Below, in pieces: positions 13,035-26,231 of a DNA stretch of 64,000 nt (positions within the stretch are counted from its first letter, which is position 1; each line of letters starts with the position of its first letter). The stretch comes from Octopus sinensis (Eukaryota), in the NCBI RefSeq assembly GCF_006345805.1, contig NC_043006.1, positions 35,712,001 through 35,776,000 on the forward strand, written 5' to 3'. Position numbers and translations under genes: made by a program. A model generated the notes under the pieces. The model was not told where the DNA came from. It ran no database searches and worked only from the letters and a program-made list of their open reading frames with translations.

Positions 13035-13840
13035 ACGTCGTTATGTTTATGTTGATGAGATGAGTTATCGTTATGTTTATGTTGAAAAGAGTTCTAAATA
13101 AGGGGAGGTAATAAGTGATTTCTTCCGGTGTAAGGGAGATAATCGCTTAAAATTTTTTGCCTTTCCCTTGGTGTGAATTTCTCTGTATCAGTATGTTGAA
13201 ATTGTTAAGTCTGGGCTTGTACTTTTCAATGAAGAATGTTTTCTTGTTTAGTCTAATTTAGATTTGATCTTGAATTTCTGTCCATCTTTGAAGAGGAATT
13301 CTGATCCTTCTAGCAGGTTTGGACATGTTGCACAGTTCGATCTACCACATTTTTTTAGGGACAGAAATTCAAGATCAAATCTAACTTTACTTGTGCCTCT
13401 GAAAACATAATTTATGTCATAAAATGCTCGGGTTGCCACCAAGACTACGTGGGATCCACGGGACTATCACTCAGACGTAGATGCACACTGCATCGACAAC
13501 AGATTGCATTCCCAGAATACAGAATGATACCTTTTAGTGAGCACATTGAGAAATGCGCAAAGCAACTACAACCACAATTTTTAATCTTTCCATTTTACCA
13601 ATGTGCTATCGGATCATCAACACAGATTAGACTAAACAAGGAAACATTCTTCATTGAAAAGTACAAGCCCAGACTTAACCATTCCAACATACTGATACAG
13701 AGAATTCACACCAAGGGAAAGGCAAACAATTTTAAGCGATTATCTCCCTTACACCGGAAGAAATCACTTTTACCTCCCCTTATTTAGAACTCTTTTCAAC
13801 AAACATAACGATAACTCATCTCAACATAACATAACGACGT

Positions 13841-13879
13841 AAGAAATTTGAAAAGCTAAACGCGAAACCGGTCTTTCTT
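13841..13879 (+). ncRNA. Minimal hammerhead, U3-A8 covariant core, GUC site
   Basis: AAGAAA-T-TTGAAAA-GC(TAAAC)GC-GAAA-CCGG-TC-TTTCTT; 2-bp helix II, palindromic ACCGGT helix III. Confidence 0.65.
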
Positions 13880-14038
13880 CTAAACTATGTCATTGTAAGA
13901 AAAAAATTTATAATATTCTTCAGACATATTGACTCAAATATATTTTTTTTAACCTTTTAAAACAAGCCTTCTGTAGTTTTTTCACTTTTTACTATTTTCT
14001 ATATATTCAACCACGTGCTTTCACAAACCAACTTTCTT

Positions 14039-14093
<55 letters not shown>

Positions 14094-14233
14094 TAATTTA
14101 AGGTATCCGAGAGAAACCACCATGCTGAAAATAGCAGTCAAAAACTGACTCTAAAGCCACATGAAATGTTCATATATAGCACTAGGAGGGAAGACAAAGA
14201 GACAAAATAAACTAGCAAAAAATTACTGGATAA

Positions 14234-14290
14234 TTCCAGATCCTGGATTTCTGGCTTTGCATAAGAGATGCTCTGCCTTCGTCAGCGGAA
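14234..14290 (-). ncRNA. Type I hammerhead, canonical CUGACGA core, AUC site
   Basis: TTCCG-CTGACGA-A-GGC-AGA-GCAT(CTCTT)ATGC-AAA-GCC-A-GAAA-TCCAGGA-TC-TGGAA, inside a ~220-bp island between AT-rich microsatellite tracts. Confidence 0.75.
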
Positions 14291-14319
14291 TATACTCAGA
14301 TAGCACATAAATACAAATA

Positions 14320-14379
<60 letters not shown>

Positions 14380-15441
14380 ATATATATATACAACATACGA
14401 TATACTTACATATACGAACGTCTATACATACATATTATGCACGTATGTACCCGCCTTAAAGCTCCTCGTGCGATATGGTGGTCGGAATAAACACTGCAGT
14501 GAATAAATATATATATGTATAGACGTTCGTATATGTAAGTGTATCGTATGTTGGATTTTTGAACCATATGCAGTTCATCTAACAGGCTTGTAAAGTTTCC
14601 ATCAACCCAGTCTCACCCAAAAGCTTTGAGTTAATTCGTGACCACGGTAATGGCACTTACCCGTGACGGCAAGTAGTGCAATCGAATATGGGACCGCACA
14701 GCTGCGAACCGAACTGTTTAATTCTCAACCATGTCTCTGATCATAATTTGTTCTTATGTGCTTATTACCTTATTCGCGGTATGGTTTAATTTAAGTCTAA
14801 GACCACAAATCCTATCAATGAGAGCAAGCAAAGTTCAGGTTGATTAGTGGAATGCAACAGAAAATGTAGAATGCTGCTTTGTTCCTTTTTGTATTTGTGG
14901 CAATTGCATGTAAGAATTGTTTACTTATTACCATATTTGATGGCTTAGAAGACGCGACGCGATTTTCCCAAATTAAAAATGTCTTCAAACAATCGCACTG
15001 GGCCCTTTCTACGACTTTGATCACCCCACCTTCCGCATACCAATTTTAATCCAGAGGGCCTATTTTACTTAACCTGACTAGATAACAATAATGGAATATT
15101 ATTGGAATAACTGTACTCCGATATTGTATTAAATGGTATGATGGTAGTCTCTCGTTGTCCGAGAAAAAACGATTCTGCAGTTTCTTGCTGAACAAGCAGC
15201 ATTAATGATTTGATTTTAGTGATCAGTGTAGTATTGTACTCACTCCCTATACGAAATCAACGTTTCCTAAACACATGTCTGTGTACCACACATCAAGTGT
15301 CGAAGTGATCGCCGAGCAACATGAGACGGACTGATTTGCTCAAGAATACACAGAACGAACCACCTGATCCAGGAATTGATGCTACAATCTCGTGATTGTG
15401 AGTGTAACGCACTAACTCCTAGGCCATGCACACATTCGACA

Positions 15442-15672
15442 GAATACTTTAAATATTGGATTCAAATGTTGGCACAAGACCAGAAAATTGTGGGGAGCGA
15501 ATAAGTCGATTACATGGACTCCAGAGTTCAACTGGTACTTATTTTATCGACCCCGAAAGTATGAAAGGCAAAGCTGACCGCCGTCAGAATTTGAACTCGG
15601 AACGTAAAGATGGAAGAAATGCTGCTAATCATTTTGCCCGGCGTGCTAACGATTTTGTCAGATCGCCGCCTA
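15442..15672 (-). mobile_element. SINE family B variant
   Basis: GGTACTTATTTTATCGACCCCGAAAG..GAATTTGAACTC matches family B. Confidence 0.8.
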
Positions 15673-16522
15673 AATAACTTTAAACATTAGAGATTTTAAT
15701 GTACAAAAATAGATTCGTTGTTGAGATTAGGATGTATTTAATATGCCCATGCATTTTTATGCCATCAAATACGTTATATTTCACAGTAATGTTTCATGGT
15801 TCATATCGTTGTTTCTATAATTTCAAAATCTTATTTAAAAACATCAGAACTTCTTAGCATGTTACAAGGTGCAGGGGTTCGTAGTATGTTTGAAATTTTC
15901 CAAATTTTCTTAAATATTTTGAGAAATACAATGTAGTCTCAATTCTTTATGAAATAAGGAATAAGAACTAACCACTCTTCCTCGTTTTGATGTAACCTTA
16001 AAGCTTTAAAGTAATAAGATATAACTTATTACAAACATTTAAATCTTCTAACTTGATTTTAAAATCTCAGTTTATAAGTTTATAACCACTTTAAACATTG
16101 AAACACAACAATTTATGCGTAAACTTTCCTTGTGGTGCGGACCAGGTACATTACTCTGCCGTCACATTGTGTTTATGTTGGAGAATAGAAATCTAATATT
16201 AACCAATAAACAGCGCAGTTTTCCTCTAACAACATATGCAGCAGCTATGGATTTCTTCGATGTTGCTGTACTTATTAGAGTCATTTCCTTGTTTGCTTGA
16301 ATGCGTCGGTGTCTGCTTTGCTGTCTCCCATTCTGCTCCTGTAATTTTGTTATATTTCAGCTTTCGGATATTTCTCTTTCTCAGGCAACTATTTGATTAT
16401 ATGTTACTTATTATGCAACTAATACATCTGCTCTGTCTCTCTCTCTCTCTGTTCGTGCGTGCGCATGTGTGTGTATGAGTGTGCCCATGTATATCCATGT
16501 AAACACACATACATACATATAT

Positions 16523-16559
<37 letters not shown>

Positions 16560-16654
16560 TATATAAACATATATATATATATATATTATATATTTTTTTT
16601 ATGTATATATGCTGTATATAGATACATGAATATTATATATACACATGTAATTTT

Positions 16655-17148
16655 ATTCTTTCATTCTATTACTAGTTTCAGTCATTTTGACTGCGGCCAT
16701 GCTTCAGCAATTCCGTTAGTCGAACAAATCGACCCCAGGACTTATTCTCTGTATACCAGTACTTATTCTATTGCTCTCTTTTGCCGAACCACCAACTTAC
16801 GGAGACGTAAACACACCAACATCGGTTGTCAAGGGATGGCGGCGAGACAAACACAGACACACAAACATACATACATACACACATACACACACATATATAT
16901 GCATACATATGTATATATATATCAAAAAGATATGTTATAATAGTATTCCACATATACAAAAACAACCATACCAACAATCTAACATACATCCATCATCAGC
17001 TGCCCCTCGGATATCATTATGGCTTATACATATATACAACTTAGTCGACCAGAAGCTATAGTAGAAGACAATTACTCAAGATGCCATGCCGTGGGACTGA
17101 ACCTGGACCCATGTGGTTGGTAAGCATGCTACTTACCACTCAGCCATA
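16655..17148 (-). mobile_element. SINE family A
   Basis: Head and tail blocks as in 3141-3815. Confidence 0.8.
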
Positions 17149-17329
17149 TTAATACACACGCACACACGCAGATATATATATATATATATATATATATGTG
17201 CATATATATATTCTACACACACACACATACATACATATATTATATATATATATATATATATCTATATATATATATATATAATATATATATACATATATAT
17301 ACATATACATATATATATATATATATATC

Positions 17330-17373
<44 letters not shown>

Positions 17374-18126
17374 TATATTATATATATATATATATATTAC
17401 AGTCTTACAGAATATATGAGAAACGGAATCTATTACGTAGGAAGAAATGTAATAGAATTTACTGCCGCACGTTATTTCATGGAAAGTGAATATTTTCAGT
17501 CATAACATTAAACGTAATATCGTTGGGTACAACAGCAAAAATTAAATAATGCACGCACAAGTGTAGAGAATAAATTCTTTTCGCTTTAATTGGTTAAGAT
17601 GCTTGTTTTTTGTTTTTTTCCTAAATATAATTAAATCCTGGGGTCGATATGATCGACTTCACACCCCCATCCAATTTGAAGTCATGTGCCAAAGTCAGAA
17701 ATCGATATTGAATCAGTGGATTGGTTTCAAACGTTAGCGAAGCTGACAAAGTGTCTTGCAGCGTTTAGTTACACTCCTTTCTTCGGAGTTCAGCTTTGTC
17801 TTTCATCCTTCAAGAGTCGATCAAATAACTACCCGTCAAATATACAGATCGATATATTCTACGATACATCCGTCGCGATATATGCTAGGCATGTTCGCCA
17901 AAATCGATAATGGATCGCAAGAAAAATGAGATTTTTCAAAGGCAGGAGATTAAAAAAATTGGCAGAGCGGTACACAATACCTGCATAGATCGACATCACC
18001 TGTCATCCTTCCGGCGTCAGTAAACTAAGGACCCAGCCAAGTATTGGGGCCGAGCTAGTCAAGTCCCTGCTGGCCTTATTATCCCAAACTTTGAAACCAA
18101 AAGCTCGAAACCATTATATTCATGAA

Positions 18127-18300
18127 GGTGGCGAGCTGACAGAATCATCTACGCGCCGGATAAAATGTGTAACGGTATTTCGTCCGTATTTACGGACTGG
18201 GTTCAAATTTCGTCAAGTTTGACTTTGCCCTTCATCTTTTGGAGTCAATAAAATAAGTACCATTTGAGCACTGGGGAGTCGATGAAATTGACTGTCGCTC
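18127..18300 (+). mobile_element. SINE family B (diverged)
   Basis: GGCGAGCTGACAGAATC head, GGTTCAAATT B-box-like motif, central block. Confidence 0.75.
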
Positions 18301-18341
18301 TCCCAACAAATATCAAGCATTGTGTCTAGTAGTAGTAGTAC

Positions 18342-18404
<63 letters not shown>

Positions 18405-18508
18405 CAGCAGCAGCAGCAGTAAGGAATTCACCTTTCAACCTAAGTTGAAAGATTTGGGGTTTTTCCTTTTTGCATCTGGGAACATAAATATTTGATAAGT
18501 TCCCAAAT

Positions 18509-18744
18509 ACTACAAACCAAGACTACAAACCTAGACTACAAACCAAGACTTCAGACCTAGATTACAAACAAAGACTACAAACCAAGACTACAAACCGAGT
18601 CTACAAACCATGTCTACAAACCAAGACTACAAACCAAGACTACGAACCAAGACTACAAACCTAGACTTCAAACCAAGACTACAAACCAAGGTTTCAAACC
18701 TGGACTACAAACCAAGATTTCAAACCTAGACTACAAACGAAGAC
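18509..18744. repeat. 13-bp minisatellite, ~18 copies (ACTACAAACCAAG)
   Basis: Direct reading, with variant units such as ACTTCAAACCTAG. Confidence 0.95.
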
Positions 18745-19099
18745 AACTACTAAACAGGCTAATTACTAGTTGAAGCCTGTACATTCTTAATTTTAAGATA
18801 ATAAACTTCCAGCCTTTAACTAATGTGTCTCTGAAATTTTAGTGCATTCTGGTTATTTATAATTTTCAGGTTGTATCCTTTTAACCTCATTCACATACTT
18901 ATAACAATTTCTATCCTATTAATGATTCTCTTGATAAACTTTATAATCCTTAGATTTTATTCCTCTCTTTGTCCATGAATAGCTTCCAACATTTGCCTGT
19001 GTTGTGTATTATAGATTAGTTATTTTAACGCATTTCACTGACTTTTTCTTTTGCTCACACTCTTTACTAAGCAAAATTCATTACTGCATAATCAGCTTG

Positions 19100-19288
19100 T
19101 GTCCTACTCTTTTACTTTAAGCCATTCAACTACGGCGGCTCTGCAGGGGTCAGTTTTGAAGGATCTGATGGAACAAATTGCACCCATAACTTATTTTAAA
19201 ATCTGCATATTTTATTGTTGTTCTGCAATGAAACGCTAACTTTGCAGCAACGACAGACATACATACATACATACAGACAGACAGACAT

Positions 19289-19374
<86 letters not shown>

Positions 19375-19525
19375 GACGGGTTTTCAAAATTTCCGTCTGC
19401 CTCATACAGTCACAAGACATCGTATCAGCTAGGGATTCGCACCAAGGTGCCGTGCAGTAGGGCTGAAACCAAAATCCTGTGATTGCTAAGCGAGTTTCTT
19501 AACTACACAGTTATGCTAGCGCATA
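19100..19525 (-). mobile_element. Diverged SINE family A with internal (GATA)n
   Basis: Remnant head (CCAAGGTGCCGTGCAGTAGGGCTGAA) and tail blocks. Confidence 0.6.
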
Positions 19526-20497
19526 CACTCATACCTTTAAATTAGACCATTTTATATTACCTTAATACATTCTTTTTTAAACTTCACAACCTCGTATTTT
19601 ATAATTTCCTCATATAATCCTGTTTTCTTCTTCACTTTAACCCTTTCAATTTTTATTAGGAATTTTCAAATTTTTTCATTTATTTTCCAATTTATCTTTC
19701 TATAAACATGAGGAGCCAACAAACATGTTTATTACCCAATTTTATTACTTAAATTCTATTAAAATTGTTAATAAAGCTTATATATTTCTTCAATCTAATT
19801 TAAATTAATTTAACTAAATTTATCTAAATTAATTCTTTTATTATCTAGTGATTTATTAAATGCAAAATCTAATTTAAGTTACACGCCTTTTGAATGTTAT
19901 GAAGCGCTTTTAACAAACATGTCTTTAATATATACGCTAATTCCTCAATTGCTTGTTCGTTTAAAATTTCTCAACAGTTTCAAATTACAGTATTGTCTTT
20001 GTTCTTTCTGCTTCTTTTTCCTCTGCATTTTCACCTGCTTTCACATGCCTTTACATCACTTCCTCTCGTTCTGTTAAATTAGAAACATTAATTTCTAATC
20101 TCTTATTTTTCTTGATATACGTGCTTGCTTTATTAGATAATCCATTATTAAACAAACTATCTCAGTTTTATCATACAACCATCATTTCATTTATCTTTTA
20201 CTCTAGTTTAAAATGTATTTAAAAAACCGTTTCTTCTTTTACAAAATTAAAACATCAATTTACCAACTTAATGTCTAATGTGTTTTTAACTGAATCAACT
20301 ATATATGAGTTAGTGTATACCTGTACACTTACCTGTGTGTGTGTGAGTGTTTGTGTGAGTATATATATTATATGTATATATATATATATACATATAAATG
20401 TATGTTTGAATATATATATATTTATATATATATATATATATATTATATATAGATCAGAGAGAGAGAGAGAGAGAGAGATAGAAAGACAGAGAGAGAA

Positions 20498-20539
<42 letters not shown>

Positions 20540-20779
20540 TAGATAGATAGATAGATAGAGGTGGATAGATAGACGGATATAAATATATGGCTATACGTAA
20601 ACATACACATATATCTTCCTTAATGGATATGCGTATATATGTATATGTGTAAATATTAAGTTTTATATGCATATATAACTTACTTTGAAAAGGATGCTTG
20701 GCGTTCGATCATATAATAATATAAGTAATATATAAATATATGCATATATACATACATGTATGTGCATACCCACATACAT

Positions 20780-20985
20780 ATGTATGTATGGGTACAGGAC
20801 ATAAAAAAAACGTTGAACACAATAGGAAGCGAAAACATAAAACAAAAACATAGAAACGAACTTTTTTTTCAAACAACGAAAAAAACAGAGAAACGAGAAA
20901 TACAACATAAATAATATTCCCCTTCTTCAGTTGTCCCTGTTTCATCTACTCCACGTTTCGAAACGCGGAGTAGATAGAGAAGAGA
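20780..20985 (-). mobile_element. Family C short repeat, copy 2
   Basis: GGGACAACTGAAGAAGGGG block shared with 38260-38520; perfect-looking hairpin TCTACTCC..GGAGTAGA. Confidence 0.55.
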
Positions 20986-20989
20986 GACT

Positions 20990-21290
20990 GTACACAGTTA
21001 TGGAAATTAGCTACCCAGCGGATGTTAACACGAAGCTGAAGATCAGTGAAAATGAGAACACCTATGCTGAACTATTGAGAAATCTGCAGTTATTCTATCC
21101 AGATTACAAGTTCAGGTTTATACCTGTAATTATTGGGGCCCTGGGATATGTAACACACTACCTAAATAACAATCTTGAGAAATTAGGCTTCTCAAAACCA
21201 GAAAGGATAAAGCTAATTCGAAGACTACAGATCCAAGTCATCACTGGGACTGTAAAAATCTGTAAAGCTTTCCAGAAGTTTATCATTTAA
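20990..21290 (+). mobile_element. 3' end of an RLE-class non-LTR retrotransposon (restriction-like endonuclease C-terminus)
   Basis: VMEISYPADVN..TYAELLRNL..IPVIIGALG..GTVKICK, typical of CRE/NeSL/R4-type RLE domains. Confidence 0.8.
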
Positions 21291-22299
21291 ATATATATGA
21301 GCATGTCTAGATATGTAACTATATGCATGAGAATACATAAAACATATAAATCTGCACATACATACATACATATAATAATACATACATACATACCCTGATG
21401 TTGATGTTCAAATTCGAAAGAAGGAGCTTTTTTTCTCATTTGACAAGAAATCTTGAAATAAACTAAATAATGACATACATACATATATACATATATACAT
21501 ACATACAGACATATATATATAATCATAAAATTGATGCTGACTTCAATATAAGATTCTAGTCAGCGTCACCATTCTGAGTGGTGTCTATGACGAGTCGTTA
21601 ACTTTTCCTTGTAATAGAATTCTACCGGAAATCTCCAGTAAACTCGTATCGAAAGACTTTTTTGAAATAGTAAACTGTAGTTATTTTGATCGTAATAACA
21701 TTTGCATCTTCTACTTCTTCATCATCTTCTTCTATTTCTCATGATTATTTCTAAGATTATTATTGTTGCTGTTGTTGGTGACGGTGGTGTTGTTGTTGCG
21801 GATGTCGGTGGTATTGTTTGTGTTATTGTTATTTTTGTTAATGTGTTTGTAAGAACAATTTTGCAAAGCTCGTGACTTGTTGCTTGAATTTGGGTGTTTT
21901 CAACATCATTATTTTATATTTTTGTTGTACAATCTTGTTGTTAAGCCAACCACCGTCATCTGAGGTTAGTTGGCTTCATTAGATTTTCGTTGGAATTTTT
22001 CTTGTATTTTATAAAATTTTCCAATTTTTTTAAAGAAAATAATAAGAAAATATAGCATCGAATTTTTTTGGCAAATACTCAGGTAAGTGAAACCAGAGAC
22101 AGGGAAAAATGTTTTGATGTTGACTTCTCAGCTTTACAACAAAGCACCACCATCTTCCCCCACGACCGAAACCGACAGAGACAACATAAACAACGAAAAC
22201 AAGCCAAATACAAAGAACAAGAGCAACAAAATGAAGGTAAAAATAAAAGGAGAACGCAGAGGACAAAAACGCAGTAAACGCCAATGCAAAAACTGGAAA

Positions 22300-24600
22300 T
22301 ATAACAACGCACAAATCGAGCATTCGTTGGTTCGTTGACGCAGCCCGGCAAATAGATTAAGAAAACATTATTTTGCCTTTGGAAAAAGTTTTTAAAATGT
22401 GAAATATATTCTCATGATGTGTAGACGAAACGTTGCGCGCAACATCCCGGAGTCCAACTGGCCACAAACCAATATTAGAAATATGGTAAATACCCAAATG
22501 TAGGAAAATAAGCAGTCATTACAGCAGGAAATTAAAAAGTACCTCAGGCCAATCTGGGGTACCAAAACAAATGTCTCCAGAAGACAAAAAAAGCACGACA
22601 CAGTGGCGGTAAGATTCTCAGCATTCGAATCCAGGAAACACTATATGTAAGAACGCTAAGCAGTGACTAAACTACCTTGGCCGTGATTTAGTTCAATACA
22701 GAGTGTCAAGATGCTGTCAGAAATAATCATCAGCTAGTTGGTGGACGCTGCCCTTTTTTAGAATAAAACAAGATTTTGCAGGTTCAGAGGCTACAGAGAC
22801 TAAATAGGTTTGACGAAGGGTTGGATCGATTGGTCAAAACGCGTCACGGAAGCATGAAAGACATCCTGGACTTGATCGCGTTGCCGTATGATACAAAGCT
22901 TTACGTTGACGTTGAGAACAAAAGGCTGCGGTTACACTTTGTTGGTGGCACAAAATACTTGTAGGTTTACTGTCCACAACAAAGAAGGAGAGACGAAGGA
23001 TCACCATTTCTACCGACACTATCCCTACAACAGTAACAACACCAACAGCAAAACAGAAGCCGCATCAACAGCAGCAAGTGGTCACATCAACAACAATAAC
23101 AGCAATGGCTGCAAGAGAAAAAGCCAGCAGCTGCGAAAGCAGCAGCAACAGCACAAGCGATGAAAGTGGTGGCAGCACCTATGGCAACAACAACATTAGT
23201 GGAAGCAATGACGATAAAACAATGAAAAATACAGCACCATCAACAATAACATCATAGACTGTGGCGACAACAACAGCAAGCGAAAATCTCAAAACAGCAA
23301 CAATATATCAACAACAGAAAATATAACAAACTTCCACAAGACTTTCTCTTCCCTAGTACACATGACAATGAAAGGACATGCAAGGAAGGTAACGCAGAGG
23401 ACACTAAATGCCAAAAAGTTACAAGTTAAAACCGAAGCAGAAACAAAAATACTCCAACCAAAAACATAGACGATACGAACAAATGGGGATGCTTTCAGGC
23501 TACGATGCACCAAAGCTACGTGCAACACCAGTTGCGTCAGTTATAAAAGAAAATTATTATTCCCCACTCCCATCAATACCACCAATACAAGCACAAGCAG
23601 AAAATAATTTACGTATAAAAAAACAGTCAGAGGAGATCTGCCAACGCGAACAAAAAGGAAATCGTTAACCACACAAGCGTAAACACACAAGCAATGAAAT
23701 ACTAACGGATCACACAGACCAAAATACAAACGTCAAACAATACTTACATCACATTAAAACAATTCATTCTACCACGCAGGAGAACCCTTCAAATTTCACA
23801 ACGTACATACAATATCTTAAAAAGTAAATACGCTAAAGAAGACTTCAAGAGATGTATAAACAAAAGACTGTACACAAAATTGCTTGTGTAAACAGTCAAA
23901 CCTAACAGGTGGGACAGATCAACTATCCCACCAAAGGAATAAAGTGATCCTTTTTCTCATTTCCCTCTTCTCTTTCTAAATATGACTGCGTTCGGACAAA
24001 ACAGTGTGAATGTAAGTGGACTGGGGGGGTCACCTTCTCTCTCCTCAACGACCTCAAGGCACTAGCTATATTGTGGTGGCTATCAGCGAGAACAGAAATT
24101 GCAAGCCACGAAACCTCATACTTATTTCCGATAGATACGAATACTTATCTCCAACGCTAGTGGAGTTGCTGTGTTGTTTCGTAAAGGGTTGAATTTTACC
24201 ATACGGGTAGTATTCTTGGACACATAAGATAAGTTGATGGTCGTTGATATGAGAAGAGGTATCTTTAGTCAAGAAAGATTTCAAAATTTGGGCCAGTGAG
24301 TTAGGAAAGAAATTAGTGCTTGTAGCAGATTGTCTGACTGGCGAAGTGCAAGCATGTGCCGTCTTCCATATATTTATCCACACCAACTCATGCGAAGCAC
24401 AACAGAGAGGGAAGTAAGAAACCGGATAAAGATCAACCTAGATCAAACACAAGCATTCGATAGGGTCGACCACCAAAATTTGGCATTTGTTTTCAGTGTG
24501 GTTGGTTTCAGTCACGTCTTCTGCGATTGGACTGCCGCCATGTACAGCTACCTCTATTCAGTGGTTCGGGCGAATTTTGATGTAATAGAACCATTCTGAT
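22300..24600 (+). mobile_element. Decayed, internally deleted L1/Tx1-clade LINE (ORF1 remnant, APE start, RT core piece)
   Basis: APE-like VNVSGL..NDLKAL..VVAISE near 24005-24110; RT-like INLDQTQAFDRVDH..GF..W..MYS..SVVR at 24430-24600. The 5' boundary is uncertain. Confidence 0.65.
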
Positions 24601-25610
24601 CCCTTCTGACTCTACAGTCACTATTACGGAAACTGCAGACTTTGGGGAGTTTAATACGTCACGCAAACTAGGACATAGGAAAATTGCATCGACATATATG
24701 AACGGGTTCACCGTCATAATGTGCGAAATCTTTTTCCCGACAAAAAAATAACCCGGATGTATCCAAACCTATCAAAACCTATCCAAACTTGATGCACTGC
24801 CATATGTTCCTTAAGTCTTTCAGAGGCGAGATAGACAGGCCAAAAACAAACAAAAATAATAAAACTCTAGAAGCGCAAATATATATAACAAAAAATGTTT
24901 ACTCTTGCTATTTCATCGACTTACCTTTGGCACAAAATGAATCCAAATATAAGGGTAGCTTCTGATTGGCTGATAGGTGATGTTGTACGTTTTCTGAACC
25001 CTCGACCATGCAGCGAAAGAAATTTTAATTTTCGCTACGAATTATGTACCACTGATCATCAAACAAATAAGTGGTACTTTATTTGTACCACCTACCTTGA
25101 AAGAGTTAAACAGCGTTTACTTTGGTCTGAGAGTATACGTTTTAATTTATGTATTTTCGTCAACAAGCAACTACAGAGAATAGCTTTCTTTTTTGTTTGG
25201 TCCCCAAAGGTTTTGCGGTATACAGAATGCCATTTACCTCTGTGCTATTATATCGATGTGCTTCTCTGCATCTCATAAGTATTCATGTTTATTGTCTAGT
25301 GAGGTGAGATCGACGAATTTGTTATTTTGGCTGAAGATTCTGCTGTTGTTTGTATCATGGTTGTTGCTACCATTACTGCTTCTTATTCTGGCGGTGGCAG
25401 TTGCGGTGGTGGCTTTGTTTGTACTGCTACAGTTGGCCCTATACCATTTGCTGCTACTGTTGCTGGTGATTTTGCTAGGAACATTGATTGACATTTCACT
25501 ATTTTGCTGCTGCAACTGTTGTTCCGTTCGATATTTAAGAGATGAGGAATTACGTACATTATTTACATTATTTATATTTGACGGATATTTCTCCTCATCT
25601 TTGTTGTTAA

Positions 25611-25653
25611 CACAACGTTTCGGCTGATATACCCTCCAGTCTTCATCACTGCA
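25611..25653 (-). pseudogene. Decayed hammerhead relic in a PLE-like tail
   Basis: GTGATGA-A-GACTG..CAGCC-GAAA-CG-TT-GTG; C3 replaced by G and helix I broken. Confidence 0.5.
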
Positions 25654-26189
25654 GACACCGCCATTTTGCATGGTACTGTCCAGGTGTCGAAATCATAGCA
25701 ATATCTGTTTGGCAACTGACGATGGTAATATGCATTAGATATGCTTGTTTGTGAATTTTTATATCTTGCAATCTCGTTATTCTAAGTTTTCCTTCATTCT
25801 CTTAAATTAGAAAATGTTTGTGGATTCGTTATTTATGATATTGGTTGATTATGTATATATATATGTGTGTGTGTGTGTATGTGTGTGGGTGTGTATATAT
25901 ATATATTATATATATATATATTATATATATATGCATATATATATACATATATCTATATATTATATATATACATATATATATGCATATATATATAGATAGA
26001 TATAGATGTATATATACATATCTTTATATATATATATATGTATACACACACACACATATATATGTTCATATTATATATATATATATACATTAATATTTAT
26101 ATACATACATATTTATATATACACATATACATATATAGAAAAAGATATAGATGTGTATATATATGTACATATATACATTTATATATATA

Positions 26190-26231
<42 letters not shown>

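Larger units (their letters stand above)
12867..14006. mobile_element. Penelope-like element 3' fragment (GIY-YIG endonuclease plus tail) with an inverted tail copy and an internal inversion
   Basis: 13359-13787 (+) reads GQKFKIKSNFTCASENIIYVIKCSGCHQDYVGSTG..LHRQQI; 13258-13358 (-) reads KKCGRSNCATC; 12867-13257 is an inverted copy of 13626-14006. Confidence 0.9.

Noticed and set aside
18509-18744. Short regular repeats as a CRISPR array
   Set aside because: Head-to-tail units without unique spacers, in a eukaryotic context.
21390-21430. CCTGATGTTGA..TTCGAAAG after the RLE fragment as a hammerhead
   Set aside because: No NUH site or helix III.
22405-22440. ATGATGT-GT..AC-GAAACGTT as a hammerhead
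   Set aside because: Core has two mismatches and there is no helix I.
24920-24975. CCAAT box plus GTAAGT donor on the minus strand as a promoter and first exon
   Set aside because: Short motifs expected by chance; no downstream exon identified.
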